64,000 bases of DNA from Patescibacteria group bacterium (GCA_028692545.1 JAQUXC010000001.1:1365-65364); one strand, 5' to 3'; shown: positions 9,125 to 20,374, counted from the first letter of the stretch. Notes: generated by a model not told the origin, from the letters alone. Made by a program: numbers and translations.

Positions 9125-9688
9125 TTGATGCTAGATTGTGAGACAAAAAATGATGTAGAATTGGTAAAACTTGTTTTAAAAGACCAAGATTATTTTTCGT
9201 GCCTTATGAAAAGGTATGAAACAAAACTTATAAATTATATAAGAAGAATATCAAATTTTTCACTTGAAGATGCTGAGGATATTTTACAAGAAGTTTTTAT
9301 GAAGGTTTATCAAAATTTGAATAATTTTGATGAGAGTTTCAAGTTTTCATCTTGGATATATAGTATTACTCACAATGAAGTAATAAGTCATTTTAGAAAA
9401 ACTAAATCTCGCCCACAAAAATTTGATTTGGATATAAAAGACGATATTTTAGAAAATATTATTTCCGATATGAATGTAGAGAAAGATGCTGATAATAATA
9501 TTTTAAAAGAAAGGATAAAAAAAGTTTTTTCTAATATGAATATAAAGTATAGAGAGGTTTTGATTTTGAAATTTATTGAAGGCAATGATTACAATGAAAT
9601 ATCAGATATTATAAAAAAACCAAAGGGTACTGTAGGTACTCTTATAAATAGAGCAAAAAAACAATTTCAAGATAAATTTAAAAACTAG
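9125..9688 (+). CDS. ECF-type sigma-70 family RNA polymerase sigma factor
   Basis: Region 2 (ILQEVFMKVYQNLNNF...SWIYSITHN) and region 4 HTH (YREVLILKFIEGNDYNEISDII...GTVGTLINRAKKQ). Confidence 0.8.
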   Translation: MMLDCETKNDVELVKLVLKDQDYFSCLMKRYETKLINYIRRISNFSLEDAEDILQEVFMKVYQNLNNFDESFKFSSWIYSITHNEVISHFRKTKSRPQKFDLDIKDDILENIISDMNVEKDADNNILKERIKKVFSNMNIKYREVLILKFIEGNDYNEISDIIKKPKGTVGTLINRAKKQFQDKFKN

Positions 9689-9698
9689 AATAAATTTT

Positions 9699-10475
9699 AT
9701 GGGAAATATAATACAGAAAGTTCTGGACAAAATAAAAAGTAGTAAAATAACACCAAAACCAAGATGGATTTTTGTTGCTAGAAATATCTTTTATTGGTTT
9801 TTAGCACCAGTATTTTTGATTTTTGGTGGTCTTTCTTTTTCTATTATTATTCATATGTTTTTAAACAATGATTGGGATTTGAGAGCAAGAGTTGGGAGTA
9901 GTCTTTTTGGATTTTTGATAGCAACTTTGCCGTATTTTTGGATTATTCTTTTTGTTTTATTTGTTATTGCGGGGTATTTTTATTTTAGAAGAACAAAATC
10001 AGGTTACAAATATGAATTTTTGAAAACTGTTTTTTATGGTGGACTTATAATAGTTGTATTGGGTATGTTTTTCTATTTTTCAAGATTTGGTGTATATATA
10101 GATAGAAATTTATCAAAGATGGAATTTTATAATAGATTTTCATGTCCAAATGCAAAAATGTGGAATAGACCTGATAAAGGTATTATTTCCGGAGAAGTAA
10201 TTGATTTTGATTCAAATGGAAATATGAGATTTGTAGATATAAATGGAAAACCATGGGATGTGAAGTTTCCAAAAGAAATGCCACCGCATTTTAGGAAAAT
10301 GATTGAGGAAAACAATAATAGAATAAAAATAATAGGTAATAGATTTGATGATGCTCATTTTGATTTAGAATCAATAAGACCTTTTAGATGTGGCTGTATG
10401 ATGGAGGATTGTAATTGTGGAAAAAATGAAAGAAATTTTCCAGATATGCGTAATAATAGTTGTACGCATGATTGA
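9699..10475 (+). CDS. Membrane protein with C-terminal Cys-rich domain, putative anti-sigma factor
   Basis: Immediately downstream of ECF sigma; 3-4 TM helices; C-terminal CGC/CNC motifs. Confidence 0.4.
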   Translation: MGNIIQKVLDKIKSSKITPKPRWIFVARNIFYWFLAPVFLIFGGLSFSIIIHMFLNNDWDLRARVGSSLFGFLIATLPYFWIILFVLFVIAGYFYFRRTKSGYKYEFLKTVFYGGLIIVVLGMFFYFSRFGVYIDRNLSKMEFYNRFSCPNAKMWNRPDKGIISGEVIDFDSNGNMRFVDINGKPWDVKFPKEMPPHFRKMIEENNNRIKIIGNRFDDAHFDLESIRPFRCGCMMEDCNCGKNERNFPDMRNNSCTHD

Positions 10476-10509
10476 GTAGGCCACTCTAATTAAATATTAA
10501 AAAAAAATT

Positions 10510-10992
10510 ATGAAAAAAACTTTATTAGTAGCTGTTTTGGGTTTAATTCTTACAATGGGTATAGTATCTCTAATAAATGCTCAACAGACAAATGGTTCCA
10601 AAAATTTTGAAAAATCAAATTTTTTCCCAGGAAGAAATGAAGATGTAAAAAAAGCAATTGAAAATAATGATTACGCCACTTGGAAATCTTTAATGGCTAA
10701 TAAGCCAATGTCAGAAAAAATTAATGAATCAAATTTTGCAAAATTTTCAGAAATGCATAAACTTATCCAAGCAAACGATGCTGAAGGAGCAAAAAAGATA
10801 GCAGAAGAATTAGGAATAAATTCTAGAATGGGAAATGGATTCAAAATGAAAGGACAAGGGCAGGGAAAAGGCTGTGGATGTGCAAATGGTGACGCAACAA
10901 AACAATGTGGATGTTCTGAGAGTGGTACCTGTGGTCAGTTTATAGATGAAAATAAAGATGGACAATGTGATAAACGTAATAATATACAATAA
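10510..10992 (+). CDS. Secreted Cys-rich protein
   Basis: Signal peptide MKKTLLVAVLGLILTMGIVSLINAQQ; C-terminal GCGC/CGC/CGQ motifs. Confidence 0.5.
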   Translation: MKKTLLVAVLGLILTMGIVSLINAQQTNGSKNFEKSNFFPGRNEDVKKAIENNDYATWKSLMANKPMSEKINESNFAKFSEMHKLIQANDAEGAKKIAEELGINSRMGNGFKMKGQGQGKGCGCANGDATKQCGCSESGTCGQFIDENKDGQCDKRNNIQ

Positions 10993-11012
10993 TAAAAAAA
11001 TCACTTTATTAA

Positions 11013-11057
11013 ACAAAACCTCTATTTAGAAATATTATAGAGGTTTTGTTTTTTATT
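11013..11057. terminator. Bidirectional hairpin terminator
   Basis: AAAACCTCTAT...ATAGAGGTTTT inverted repeat with T-run. Confidence 0.6.
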
Positions 11058-11061
11058 GAAT

Positions 11062-11685
11062 TTAATTTGATTTTTTAAAAATATTTTTTATTAATATAAA
11101 AGTAAATTGTAGTATTATATTTGTAATAATAAGACCTATTAAAAGTATTCCAATATTTTCAAGAGGTTGCCATTTTATAAAAAATAAAATTATCAAAATA
11201 GGCCAAATATTTTTTAGATCTTGTAGTGATGGACCTATCATTGCACCAATATTTAATGATAATAAAATTAGTATCCAGCTTTGCCACTCGTTTAATTTTA
11301 TTTGAGAAATTATATTTAATGGTATAATAATTAGATCTTTGAAGTTGGTTATTTCTTGAATGTTTAAATAGTTGTCTAGTAAAAATTTATTTATCAAATA
11401 TAAAAATAGAAAACCACCGAGCGTAGGTGCGAGAGAAATAAATAATTGTCCTAATATTGGAATCTTTGATTTGTAGTGAGATACTTTTGGCTGTCTAGAA
11501 AATATTTTGAATTCTTTTATTTCTGCTCCAGTCAATATACATGCTATCGCATGAGATGTTTCATGTATAAATGCTCCGACAAAATAAAATATTGTTGTAA
11601 TAGTGTTGTTTAGATATTTGTTATTTAAAAAATTACTAAAATATCCAAGTATAGTTATAATAATAATTATTAATCCTATATTCAT
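11062..11685 (-). CDS. Integral membrane protein with HExxH motif (putative membrane metalloprotease)
   Basis: Multiple TM segments; HETSH in predicted TM region. Confidence 0.45.
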   Translation of the reverse strand: MNIGLIIIIITILGYFSNFLNNKYLNNTITTIFYFVGAFIHETSHAIACILTGAEIKEFKIFSRQPKVSHYKSKIPILGQLFISLAPTLGGFLFLYLINKFLLDNYLNIQEITNFKDLIIIPLNIISQIKLNEWQSWILILLSLNIGAMIGPSLQDLKNIWPILIILFFIKWQPLENIGILLIGLIITNIILQFTFILIKNIFKKSN

Positions 11686-11770
11686 TTATTTATATTTAAT
11701 TATTCGCTATAATAAGTATATCACTCTTGACTTTAATTTTATATTTGATTAACTTAATTATACAAAATAT

Positions 11771-12328
11771 ATGTTTCAAAAGCACGCAGGCGGTACACAG
11801 CTTTTAAATCCAAAAGAAATATTGGAGAAAATAGTTGGTTTAGGATATGGAGACCATGTAGGTGGACTGGGCTGTGGTCCAAAAGCATATTTTGTCTTTC
11901 AGGCAGCAAGAATAGTTGGAGACAGGGGTTTGGTATATGCTGTGGATATACTAAAAGATGTGTTGTCATCAGTTGAAAGTCATATAAAAATTCAGGGATT
12001 ATCTAATGTTAAGTTGGTTTGGAGTAATTTAGAGTCATATGGTGCTACAAAGATTCCTGAAAGTTCATTGGATTTAGCTATGTTTGTAAATGTTCTCTTT
12101 GAATCATCAGATGTAGCTAGTATGCTTAAAGAAGGTATAAGACTTACAAAGAAAAGCGGAAAAATACTTGTCGTGGATTGGAAAACAATTGGTGCCCCAT
12201 TGGGCCCTAAACCTGATCATAGAATAAAATCATCTTATGTGAAGGAAATATTAGAAGCATATGGATTAAAATTAGAAAGTGAGTTTGACGCTGGTCAATA
12301 TCATTTTGGATTATTATTTAGAAAATAA
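11771..12328 (+). CDS. Class I SAM-dependent methyltransferase
   Basis: Motif I VGGLGCGPK and downstream acidic loop pattern. Confidence 0.7.
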   Translation: MFQKHAGGTQLLNPKEILEKIVGLGYGDHVGGLGCGPKAYFVFQAARIVGDRGLVYAVDILKDVLSSVESHIKIQGLSNVKLVWSNLESYGATKIPESSLDLAMFVNVLFESSDVASMLKEGIRLTKKSGKILVVDWKTIGAPLGPKPDHRIKSSYVKEILEAYGLKLESEFDAGQYHFGLLFRK

Positions 12329-12332
12329 AATT

Positions 12333-12752
12333 ATGATTTCTTTTTTGAGTGCAGAATATCTTTTTGACGCATACCCACCCGCAATAAGTAGAGGAGCTTT
12401 TTTCTATTCGTTGGGTTTTCTTTTTTTATGTATTATATTTGCAATATTGTTACAATATTTTTTTATAAAACATAAAAAGCCAATCTTTAATAGAAAATTT
12501 GATAAATATGAAAAAGAATTAGAAAAAAAGTTGGTAGATTTGCTGTTTACATTTGGTTTGATAGGTATATTTTTATTATTTTTTAGAAAAATAAGGGTTC
12601 CATATTTTCAGATGAGATTTATAATGATGTTTTGGCTAGGTACTGTATTTGTATGGTTTTCCAGTATTTTACAGAATTACCTTACAAAAGTACCAGAATC
12701 AAGAGCATTAGATGAAAAGCAGAGAAAATATGAGAAGTATTTAGAAAAATAA
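12333..12752 (+). CDS. Hypothetical membrane protein
   Basis: ORF with 3-4 hydrophobic helices; start chosen at ATG 12333 to avoid overlap with upstream gene. Confidence 0.45.
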   Translation: MISFLSAEYLFDAYPPAISRGAFFYSLGFLFLCIIFAILLQYFFIKHKKPIFNRKFDKYEKELEKKLVDLLFTFGLIGIFLLFFRKIRVPYFQMRFIMMFWLGTVFVWFSSILQNYLTKVPESRALDEKQRKYEKYLEK

Positions 12753-12797
12753 ATCTAGAAAATAATATATAATAAGGGTCACATTTATGCGACCTTT

Positions 12798-13145
12798 ATG
12801 TTTTATAAAAATAAAATAGGAAAATTTGGACAGAAAATAGCTATATATTATCTTAAAAATAAAGCACATAAAATTATTGCAGAAAATATATACTTTAGAG
12901 GTGGTGAAATAGATATATTAACAGAAAAAGATGGTATTTTGAGATTTGTAGAGGTAAAAACTAGAACAAACTTGGAATTTGGATATCCGGAAGAATCTAT
13001 TTCAAAAAGAAAGTTAGAACATTTAAAAAGAGCTATTGATGCTTATATTTTGGAAAATAATATAGAAAAGCAGTATAATTTAGAGTTTGTAGGAGTGTTA
13101 TTGAGTGGTAAAAATGCAAGAATAAAGCATATTATCATTGACTAA
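12798..13145 (+). CDS. YraN family (UPF0102) putative endonuclease
   Basis: GEIDILT...VEVKTR motif typical of UPF0102. Confidence 0.75.
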   Translation: MFYKNKIGKFGQKIAIYYLKNKAHKIIAENIYFRGGEIDILTEKDGILRFVEVKTRTNLEFGYPEESISKRKLEHLKRAIDAYILENNIEKQYNLEFVGVLLSGKNARIKHIIID

Positions 13146-13191
13146 TATATAATTATCAATTATAATATCATATTACATATAGGAGGTAATA

Positions 13192-13647
13192 ATGAAAGCA
13201 GGTATAGTTCATCATCTGGGTGAATATGTAGATAGGTGTTCTAGATTTTTTGAGAAAGAGATCAAAGGTGGTTATGCCTATTTTTATGTAGGTAATAAGT
13301 CTGGTGGACAAATCTTTGATTTTTTTAGTAAAGATGTGTCAAATGGAGCTTATTCACAACTACTGGCGTTTATGGGATTTGTGCATGAATTTCGCAAGGG
13401 CATGCATAAAAAAAACGTCACCTTCTCCTTTGGCTCTGTGGATGTGTTGATTTATGGAATAAGTAATAAAAACCATAAGAGAGCTATGGCTGTGGTTATT
13501 TTGGCTGCATATGCAAAAATAGTCTCGAATAAAAATGTCTTTACAGAGATTCTTCAGCAGGCAGCCAAAATTGCTCAAAACAACAACAGGATGGAGGAGT
13601 TGATAATCCATGTGTTTGGAGAAGATCCATTTGCATGGATGGACTAA
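13192..13647 (+). CDS. Hypothetical protein (GC-elevated, strong SD)
   Basis: AGGAGG 7 nt upstream; no recognisable family. Confidence 0.5.
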   Translation: MKAGIVHHLGEYVDRCSRFFEKEIKGGYAYFYVGNKSGGQIFDFFSKDVSNGAYSQLLAFMGFVHEFRKGMHKKNVTFSFGSVDVLIYGISNKNHKRAMAVVILAAYAKIVSNKNVFTEILQQAAKIAQNNNRMEELIIHVFGEDPFAWMD

Positions 13648-13654
13648 TATTTTT

Positions 13655-13700
13655 AAAACTGAGAGGTTTTGCTTTGTGCAGAACCTCTCTTTGTATTTTT
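13655..13700 (+). terminator. Intrinsic terminator
   Basis: GAGAGGTT...AACCTCTC hairpin then T-run. Confidence 0.6.
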
Positions 13701-13804
13701 CCACATTTTATACCCATTTTCAGTATATTTTTCAAGTTGACAAATTTTGTAGAAGTAATAAGGTAATATATACTGAGTGACTTAAATATTAATAAATTAG
13801 GCCT

Positions 13805-14743
13805 ATGAAAAAAATAGCTTTGATTTTCAGAAAGACCATATTTTTATCTATGGTTTTGTTTTTGTTTTTCGTGGTTACTAATTTTGCTAAAGCATCTGAG
13901 ACAAATTATGACTTAGAATTTAGTAAAGAATGTAGCTTGAGAAACTGTACGGTTCCTGTTCCAACACTAGATAAACCAAATAATCAAACATTTTATTTTG
14001 ATGAAAAATTTTATCTTACAGGACTTACTTGGAACGATACTGAAATAGATATTTATGTAAATGGTAAGTATAAAGGATCTGCTACTGTTGTAAATGATGA
14101 AAATAGTGATATTGCAAATTTTTATTTTTCTGTTGATGAAAAAACATTATCTAAAGGTGATCAAAATTGGGAAGTCATTGCTTGGTCAAAAAATAGATAT
14201 GATAGAAGTTTTGTTTCTCAAAAAAATAAGTTTGAAATTCAATTAAGACCAGCATCAATTGTAAATCCAATTTTGGATAACAAAATTCCGGAGATTATTC
14301 CAGAAAGTGAAATAATATCTGATGATTCTACAAGTGTTGCTGAGACTGATAACTCAGATTCAAATAATATTAATGTTGAGATAGTAGAATCTGTTGATAC
14401 TGAAACTAGCTCCTCTACAAATGTTACTATAGTTGGTGATGAAATTCCTGGAAATGTTGTTGTAAATACAGCAACTAGTTCAGATGGAAGTGTTAATATA
14501 ATAGAATCTGATGAAAGTAATAAAGATATCTCTGCAATTAGCGAGAAACAAGAAATAGATAATACTGATTCAGAGACAATACAACCGGCAACTCCAAGTG
14601 AAGTTGAAAAAGATATTGTGAAAGACGATTTAGATCTATCCAACAATCAAACGAAAAATAAAAAATTGGGAATTTTTCTTTTGTTTGTGCTTGTCGTGGT
14701 TGTAATATTTACTACTGTTGTAACGAAGAAAAAAAAGGATTGA
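13805..14743 (+). CDS. Cell-surface protein with acidic Ser/Thr/Asp-rich repeat region and C-terminal membrane anchor
   Basis: N-terminal signal/TM, low-complexity D/S/E/T region, C-terminal hydrophobic helix followed by KKKKD. Confidence 0.55.
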   Translation: MKKIALIFRKTIFLSMVLFLFFVVTNFAKASETNYDLEFSKECSLRNCTVPVPTLDKPNNQTFYFDEKFYLTGLTWNDTEIDIYVNGKYKGSATVVNDENSDIANFYFSVDEKTLSKGDQNWEVIAWSKNRYDRSFVSQKNKFEIQLRPASIVNPILDNKIPEIIPESEIISDDSTSVAETDNSDSNNINVEIVESVDTETSSSTNVTIVGDEIPGNVVVNTATSSDGSVNIIESDESNKDISAISEKQEIDNTDSETIQPATPSEVEKDIVKDDLDLSNNQTKNKKLGIFLLFVLVVVVIFTTVVTKKKKD

Positions 14744-14756
14744 TATTTTAGATTAT

Positions 14757-14796
14757 TCAAAAAAAGGTCTAACTAGTTGTGTTAGACCTTTTTTGT
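14757..14796. terminator. Bidirectional hairpin terminator
   Basis: AAAAAAGGTCTAAC...GTTAGACCTTTTTTG. Confidence 0.7.
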
Positions 14797-14817
14797 TTAT
14801 AGTTTTTAAATCTTTAG

Positions 14818-15273
14818 TTATATTATATGTTTTGTATTAGATTTTTTGGATGATATAAGTATATATACTATTATAGATATGCTTATGTATATATCTGCAA
14901 AATTTATAATAGAAAGGCTAAATATTTCTAAAAAATCTATTACTCCATTATAATATATCCTATCAATCAAATTACTAAAAGCTCCTATTATTATAACTCC
15001 GATTAAAAATGATTTTGTATATTCATGTTTCTTTATATGTTTTATGAATATAGAGTTTAATATTATAATTATTATAATTGTTAGTATTTCAATAATTATT
15101 TGATTTATTTTTAAACCAAATGCTATACCTGTATTTTGTGTAAAATGTAGTGATAATAATTTATTAAAATAAACTCCACTTTTATGGAGTTTATTTATCG
15201 CTAAGTATTTTGTAATTCTATCTAGTAGAAAAAGTAAAAATAATAATATAAATATTTTTGTACTTTTTTTCAT
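14818..15273 (-). CDS. lspA: Lipoprotein signal peptidase II
   Basis: NTGIAFG, GAFSNLIDR, VIDFL motifs; start set at MKKSTKIF to abut upstream gene. Confidence 0.8.
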   Translation of the reverse strand: MKKSTKIFILLFLLFLLDRITKYLAINKLHKSGVYFNKLLSLHFTQNTGIAFGLKINQIIIEILTIIIIIILNSIFIKHIKKHEYTKSFLIGVIIIGAFSNLIDRIYYNGVIDFLEIFSLSIINFADIYISISIIVYILISSKKSNTKHII

Positions 15274-15274
15274 T

Positions 15275-15637
15275 TTATAAACTTTTTCTTTTGCATTCCA
15301 TACATTTTGTAGCCGTTGGAAAAACCATACATCTTTTTTCATCTATTGGTTTGCCACATTTTTCACAAGTTCCATAAGTACCTTTTTTTATTCTCTCTAA
15401 CGCTTCATCTACTTTATTTAATGATTTTTCAAGTGTTTTTTCTAGATACAAATCACTTTCAAAATCTGCAACCTCTGAGGCGTTTTCATCTTCGTGTTCT
15501 CCGTAATTTGGAAACTTTGCATCATAGTCATTGTCAGCATTGTCATTTTTGTCAGCGAAACTCTCAAGTTGCTTTATTAATTCTTCTTTTTCTTGTAGTA
15601 ATTTTTCTTGTATTTTATCTAATGTTTTTTTATCCAT
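15275..15637 (-). CDS. DksA/TraR family C4-type zinc-finger protein
   Basis: C-terminal CEKCGKPI...CMEC four-Cys finger after coiled-coil region. Confidence 0.7.
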   Translation of the reverse strand: MDKKTLDKIQEKLLQEKEELIKQLESFADKNDNADNDYDAKFPNYGEHEDENASEVADFESDLYLEKTLEKSLNKVDEALERIKKGTYGTCEKCGKPIDEKRCMVFPTATKCMECKRKSL

Positions 15638-15715
15638 GTGTTTTATATGTTATTTAAAAAGTATAATTATTATATTTGGCTAGTGCTTTTTTGTCAATGG
15701 CTTATATATAAACAA

Positions 15716-15753
15716 AAAACAGGAGCAATGCAGTTGCTCCTGTTTTTATACCT
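15716..15753. terminator. Hairpin terminator
   Basis: CAGGAGCAATGCAGTTGCTCCTG + T-run. Confidence 0.6.
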
Positions 15754-15761
15754 AATAATTT

Positions 15762-16043
15762 TTATAATACAGCTTCTTTTGCTGCTTTTGCTAATCTGAA
15801 TTTTACTACTGTTTTTGCAGGAATTGTAATTTTAGCTCCTGTTGCTGGATTTACTCCTTGTCTTTCTTTTCTTTTTGCTTTTACCATTTTACCAAATCCT
15901 GGTAAAACAAATTCTCCGTTTGTTTTTACTTCTTTGTATGCTAGTTCAACAAGAGTTTCCATGAATGCTACTACATCCTTTTTTGGTAATCCTGTCTTTT
16001 CTGCTAGCACAGTCATTAGCTGTGACTTTGTCATTTTTGCCAT
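15762..16043 (-). CDS. HU family DNA-binding protein (with Lys/Ala-rich C-terminal tail)
   Basis: MAKMTKSQLM...GFGKM.VKAKRKERQGVNPATG arm motif; start at internal ATG 16043. Confidence 0.85.
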   Translation of the reverse strand: MAKMTKSQLMTVLAEKTGLPKKDVVAFMETLVELAYKEVKTNGEFVLPGFGKMVKAKRKERQGVNPATGAKITIPAKTVVKFRLAKAAKEAVL

Positions 16044-16160
16044 TTTATTTAACTTAATGATTAGTTTTGCCCAATATTCATGGGCACATTTATTATACCA
16101 CTTTCTAATTATATGATAAATAGAGGGTTTTGTTAAGTGCAAAAAAATTATAGTCCATTT

Positions 16161-16646
16161 TTAAAGTATTTTATGGATCATTTTGTAAACTTTTTCATTT
16201 ATATCAATGAATTTTTCTTTTTTTATGTTTTTTATATTTATCCAGACCAATTTATTTATTCCAATTTCTTCATATTCATCTGCAAATTTTCTTATTATTT
16301 TTTCTTTACTTGATATTTTACATTTATAAAAAAACATATGAGAGTGCCATGCTTCATCCCCCTCCTTAAAATAAAAAAAATTTTCAAACAAAGCTACTAA
16401 TTCTTTTATTTTTAAATTTTTTATATTTGTTTCTTCCTCTACCTCTCTTTTTAAGGCTTTCTCAATTGTTTCTCCAATTTCTATGCCACCACCAGGAAAC
16501 CATAGTTTTCCAGATTTACTTTCTGTCAAAAGAACTTCATTTTTTTTATTTAATATAATAGCATAAACACCAGGTCTAAATGTGAATTTGGATATAGGAA
16601 ATTTTACAGTTTTTCCATGGTTGTTTTTGCATGTTATGGTTTTCAT
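16161..16646 (-). CDS. Nudix hydrolase
   Basis: GGGIEIGETIEKALKREVEEETNI Nudix box. Confidence 0.8.
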   Translation of the reverse strand: MKTITCKNNHGKTVKFPISKFTFRPGVYAIILNKKNEVLLTESKSGKLWFPGGGIEIGETIEKALKREVEEETNIKNLKIKELVALFENFFYFKEGDEAWHSHMFFYKCKISSKEKIIRKFADEYEEIGINKLVWINIKNIKKEKFIDINEKVYKMIHKIL

Positions 16647-16716
16647 ATTTTTATATTAATTATTCGTAATATTATCACTTTAAAATTTTTTGGTAAATAA
16701 AAATAAGTGTATTATC

Positions 16717-17283
16717 CTATTGTTTTTTTAATTTTGTTTTATATTTTTTTGTAAACAATATTAATAATATGAAGATTAAAATTATTATTCCTGTGTCAAT
16801 AAGTATGATTGAAAAAAAAATATATTTTTGTTTTATATAATTAGAATCAAAATCTATCGGCAAAACACCAGATCCTAAACTTATTAAATCTTCTTGTGCA
16901 TTAGTAAGAAGTTTGGTTCTGCTACAAATATTGGTGTTTAATTTGTTTTCTTTATCATATGCATAAACAATATATTCTTCGTTTTGTTCGAAAGGATATC
17001 CGCAACTTGCTTGATCTCTTGCGGTTGTTAAAATAATTATTTTATAATTAGGTCCTTTCCAGATTTGTGAAACTTCAAATGTAATTTTTATAGGATCAGA
17101 ACTTTCAATAAATATTTTTTTTGGTATATCTATATTAATAACCTTACCAACAAAAACAGAAGTAGCTTGTTTGAGTGACTCTTCTGGTGAAAGTGGTTGA
17201 ATACATGAACAAGCACTAACAATAGTTGTGTTTACAAAAAATAAAGGTCCAATGATAAATGATAGTAAGATTATTTTTTTCAT
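16717..17283 (-). CDS. Secreted/anchored protein with TIMP/NTR-like N-terminal domain
   Basis: Signal peptide then CSC immediately at predicted mature N-terminus as in TIMP/netrin-like (NTR) modules; C-terminal TM + basic tail. Confidence 0.4.
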   Translation of the reverse strand: MKKIILLSFIIGPLFFVNTTIVSACSCIQPLSPEESLKQATSVFVGKVINIDIPKKIFIESSDPIKITFEVSQIWKGPNYKIIILTTARDQASCGYPFEQNEEYIVYAYDKENKLNTNICSRTKLLTNAQEDLISLGSGVLPIDFDSNYIKQKYIFFSIILIDTGIIILIFILLILFTKKYKTKLKKQ

Positions 17284-17518
17284 ATCATAAGTATTATTAA
17301 ATAATAGCAGTTAATATTTTTTTGTAAAACAAAAAATCACTAATAAATAGTGACCCTTTATGTTTTACATCTTCGTTTATCTCAATCTAATTGAGCTAAG
17401 TTCGATGGTCGGGGTGATCTCGTCATACGCATGCCATGGCGACATGTCGTGAACGGGGCCGGCCTTATTCTTCCAATAATTTTTAAAATAAAAATAACCC
17501 ATATAGAGTTATATTTAA

Positions 17519-17595
17519 TGGTCGGGGTGAGAGGACTCGAACCTCCGGCCTCATGCTCCCAAAGCACGCGCGCTAGCCAACTGCGCCACACCCCG
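17519..17595 (-). tRNA. tRNA-Pro (anticodon TGG), CCA encoded
   Basis: rc gives CGGGGTG acceptor, anticodon loop TTTGGGA. Confidence 0.8.
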
Positions 17596-17691
17596 AATTT
17601 AATTTTGAATTATGAATTTTGAATAAATTAGTTAATTAATGAATTTCTAAATTTATTCATCATTTGAAACTTATTATTCTAAATTGTTTAT

Positions 17692-17766
17692 TGGTGCCGC
17701 GGGGCGGAATTGAACCACCGACACGAGGATTTTCAGTCCTCTGCTCTACCACTGAGCTACCGCGGC
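17692..17766 (-). tRNA. tRNA-Phe (anticodon GAA), CCA encoded
   Basis: rc GCCGCGGTAGCTCAGTGGTAGAGC..., anticodon loop CTGAAAA. Confidence 0.85.
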
Positions 17767-17910
17767 TTGATAAATTTTTTTCTAATTTTTATTTTTTATT
17801 ATTTTTATTTACTGTCCATCTACGCTAAGGCTTCGATGGATCATTCTTCTCTCTTCTTTGAAGAGTCGAATGGCGTAGCCATTCGAAGTTCCGCTCCGCG
17901 GAACGAAGAA

Positions 17911-17987
17911 TGGTGGGCGCACCAAGAGTTGAACTTGGGACCTCAACATTATCAGTGTTGCGCTCTAACCAACTGAGCTATGCGCCC
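17911..17987 (-). tRNA. tRNA-Ile (anticodon GAT), CCA encoded
   Basis: rc GGGCGCATAGCTCAGTTGGTTAGAGC..., anticodon loop CTGATAA. Confidence 0.85.
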
Positions 17988-18188
17988 AACAATTACAAAA
18001 TAATTTTCTTTCAATAAAAAAACTCCTTTTTGAACCCCTTATATTACTTTATAACTAATTTTAATAGAATAAATTTTAGGAGTCAATAAAAGGAGTTTTC
18101 CCTTAACAACTAAATTGTGGCAGAAATTTCATCGAGCTAAGCCCGATGACCGATCTAATTGATTCGTGAGAATCAATTGACTCCTTAG

Positions 18189-19678
<1,490 letters not shown>

Positions 19679-19918
19679 TTGGAATATTTTTGTGAAAAAT
19701 ATTCAAAAACTTATAAGTGAAAAAATTTCCTTATCTTTAGCTTTCTGCCACAATTTAATTGTCAAGTTGCGAAATTTTTATTATACAAATACTTTATTGC
19801 GTAAAAAAAATTAATATAGAATAAAAATATCTATATAGTAAAATAATATTATACCTTTTCAAGAAACATGTCAATACTTATTATTGATTTTTTTGTTGAT
19901 AAGTGAGAATATTAAATT

Positions 19919-20374
19919 ATGTCTATAATAAGCTATAAAATAAGGGAATTAGAGTATAGTGATCTTGATTTAGAAAAGGGGTTTTTTTATACTTTAGGAA
20001 ATTTAACAGATTCTCCTATTTTGGATTTAGAAAAATCAAAAAAAATATATGATAAAATAAAATCTCAAGGTACTTATATTTTTGTCGCTGTTTCAGATGA
20101 TGAGCAAATAGTTGGTAGTATTTCATTATTGTTAGAGCAAAAATTTATTCATGGTGGATCTATAGTTGGCCATATAGAAGATGTTGTAACAAGAAAAGGG
20201 TATGAAGGAAATGGAATAGCGAGTGCATTGTTGAATTGTGCGATAGATTTTGCCAAAGAAAATAAATGTTATAAAGTGATTCTTGATTGTAAAGATGATC
20301 TTATAAAGTTTTATGAAAAATTTGGATTTGAACATTTTAAACACAAAGGAAATTGCATGAGAATTGATTTTTAA
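19919..20374 (+). CDS. GNAT family N-acetyltransferase
   Basis: Motif A region VTRKGYEGNGIASALL; size 151 aa. Confidence 0.7.
   Translation: MSIISYKIRELEYSDLDLEKGFFYTLGNLTDSPILDLEKSKKIYDKIKSQGTYIFVAVSDDEQIVGSISLLLEQKFIHGGSIVGHIEDVVTRKGYEGNGIASALLNCAIDFAKENKCYKVILDCKDDLIKFYEKFGFEHFKHKGNCMRIDF

Noticed and set aside
12279-12332. N-terminal extensions of several ORF-track entries (12279, 6499, 15762-16142, 53637, 60956, 61038, 62269, 43797)
   Set aside because: Internal ATGs with an RBS or abutting upstream genes give products matching family N-termini. The extensions overlap neighbouring genes or terminators.
17382-17976. ORFs 17382..17591-, 17431..17622+, 17710..17976+ and 22140..22367+/22262..22534+
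   Set aside because: They overlap tRNA-Pro/Phe/Ile and tRNA-Leu(TAG) genes and their GC-rich terminator hairpins.
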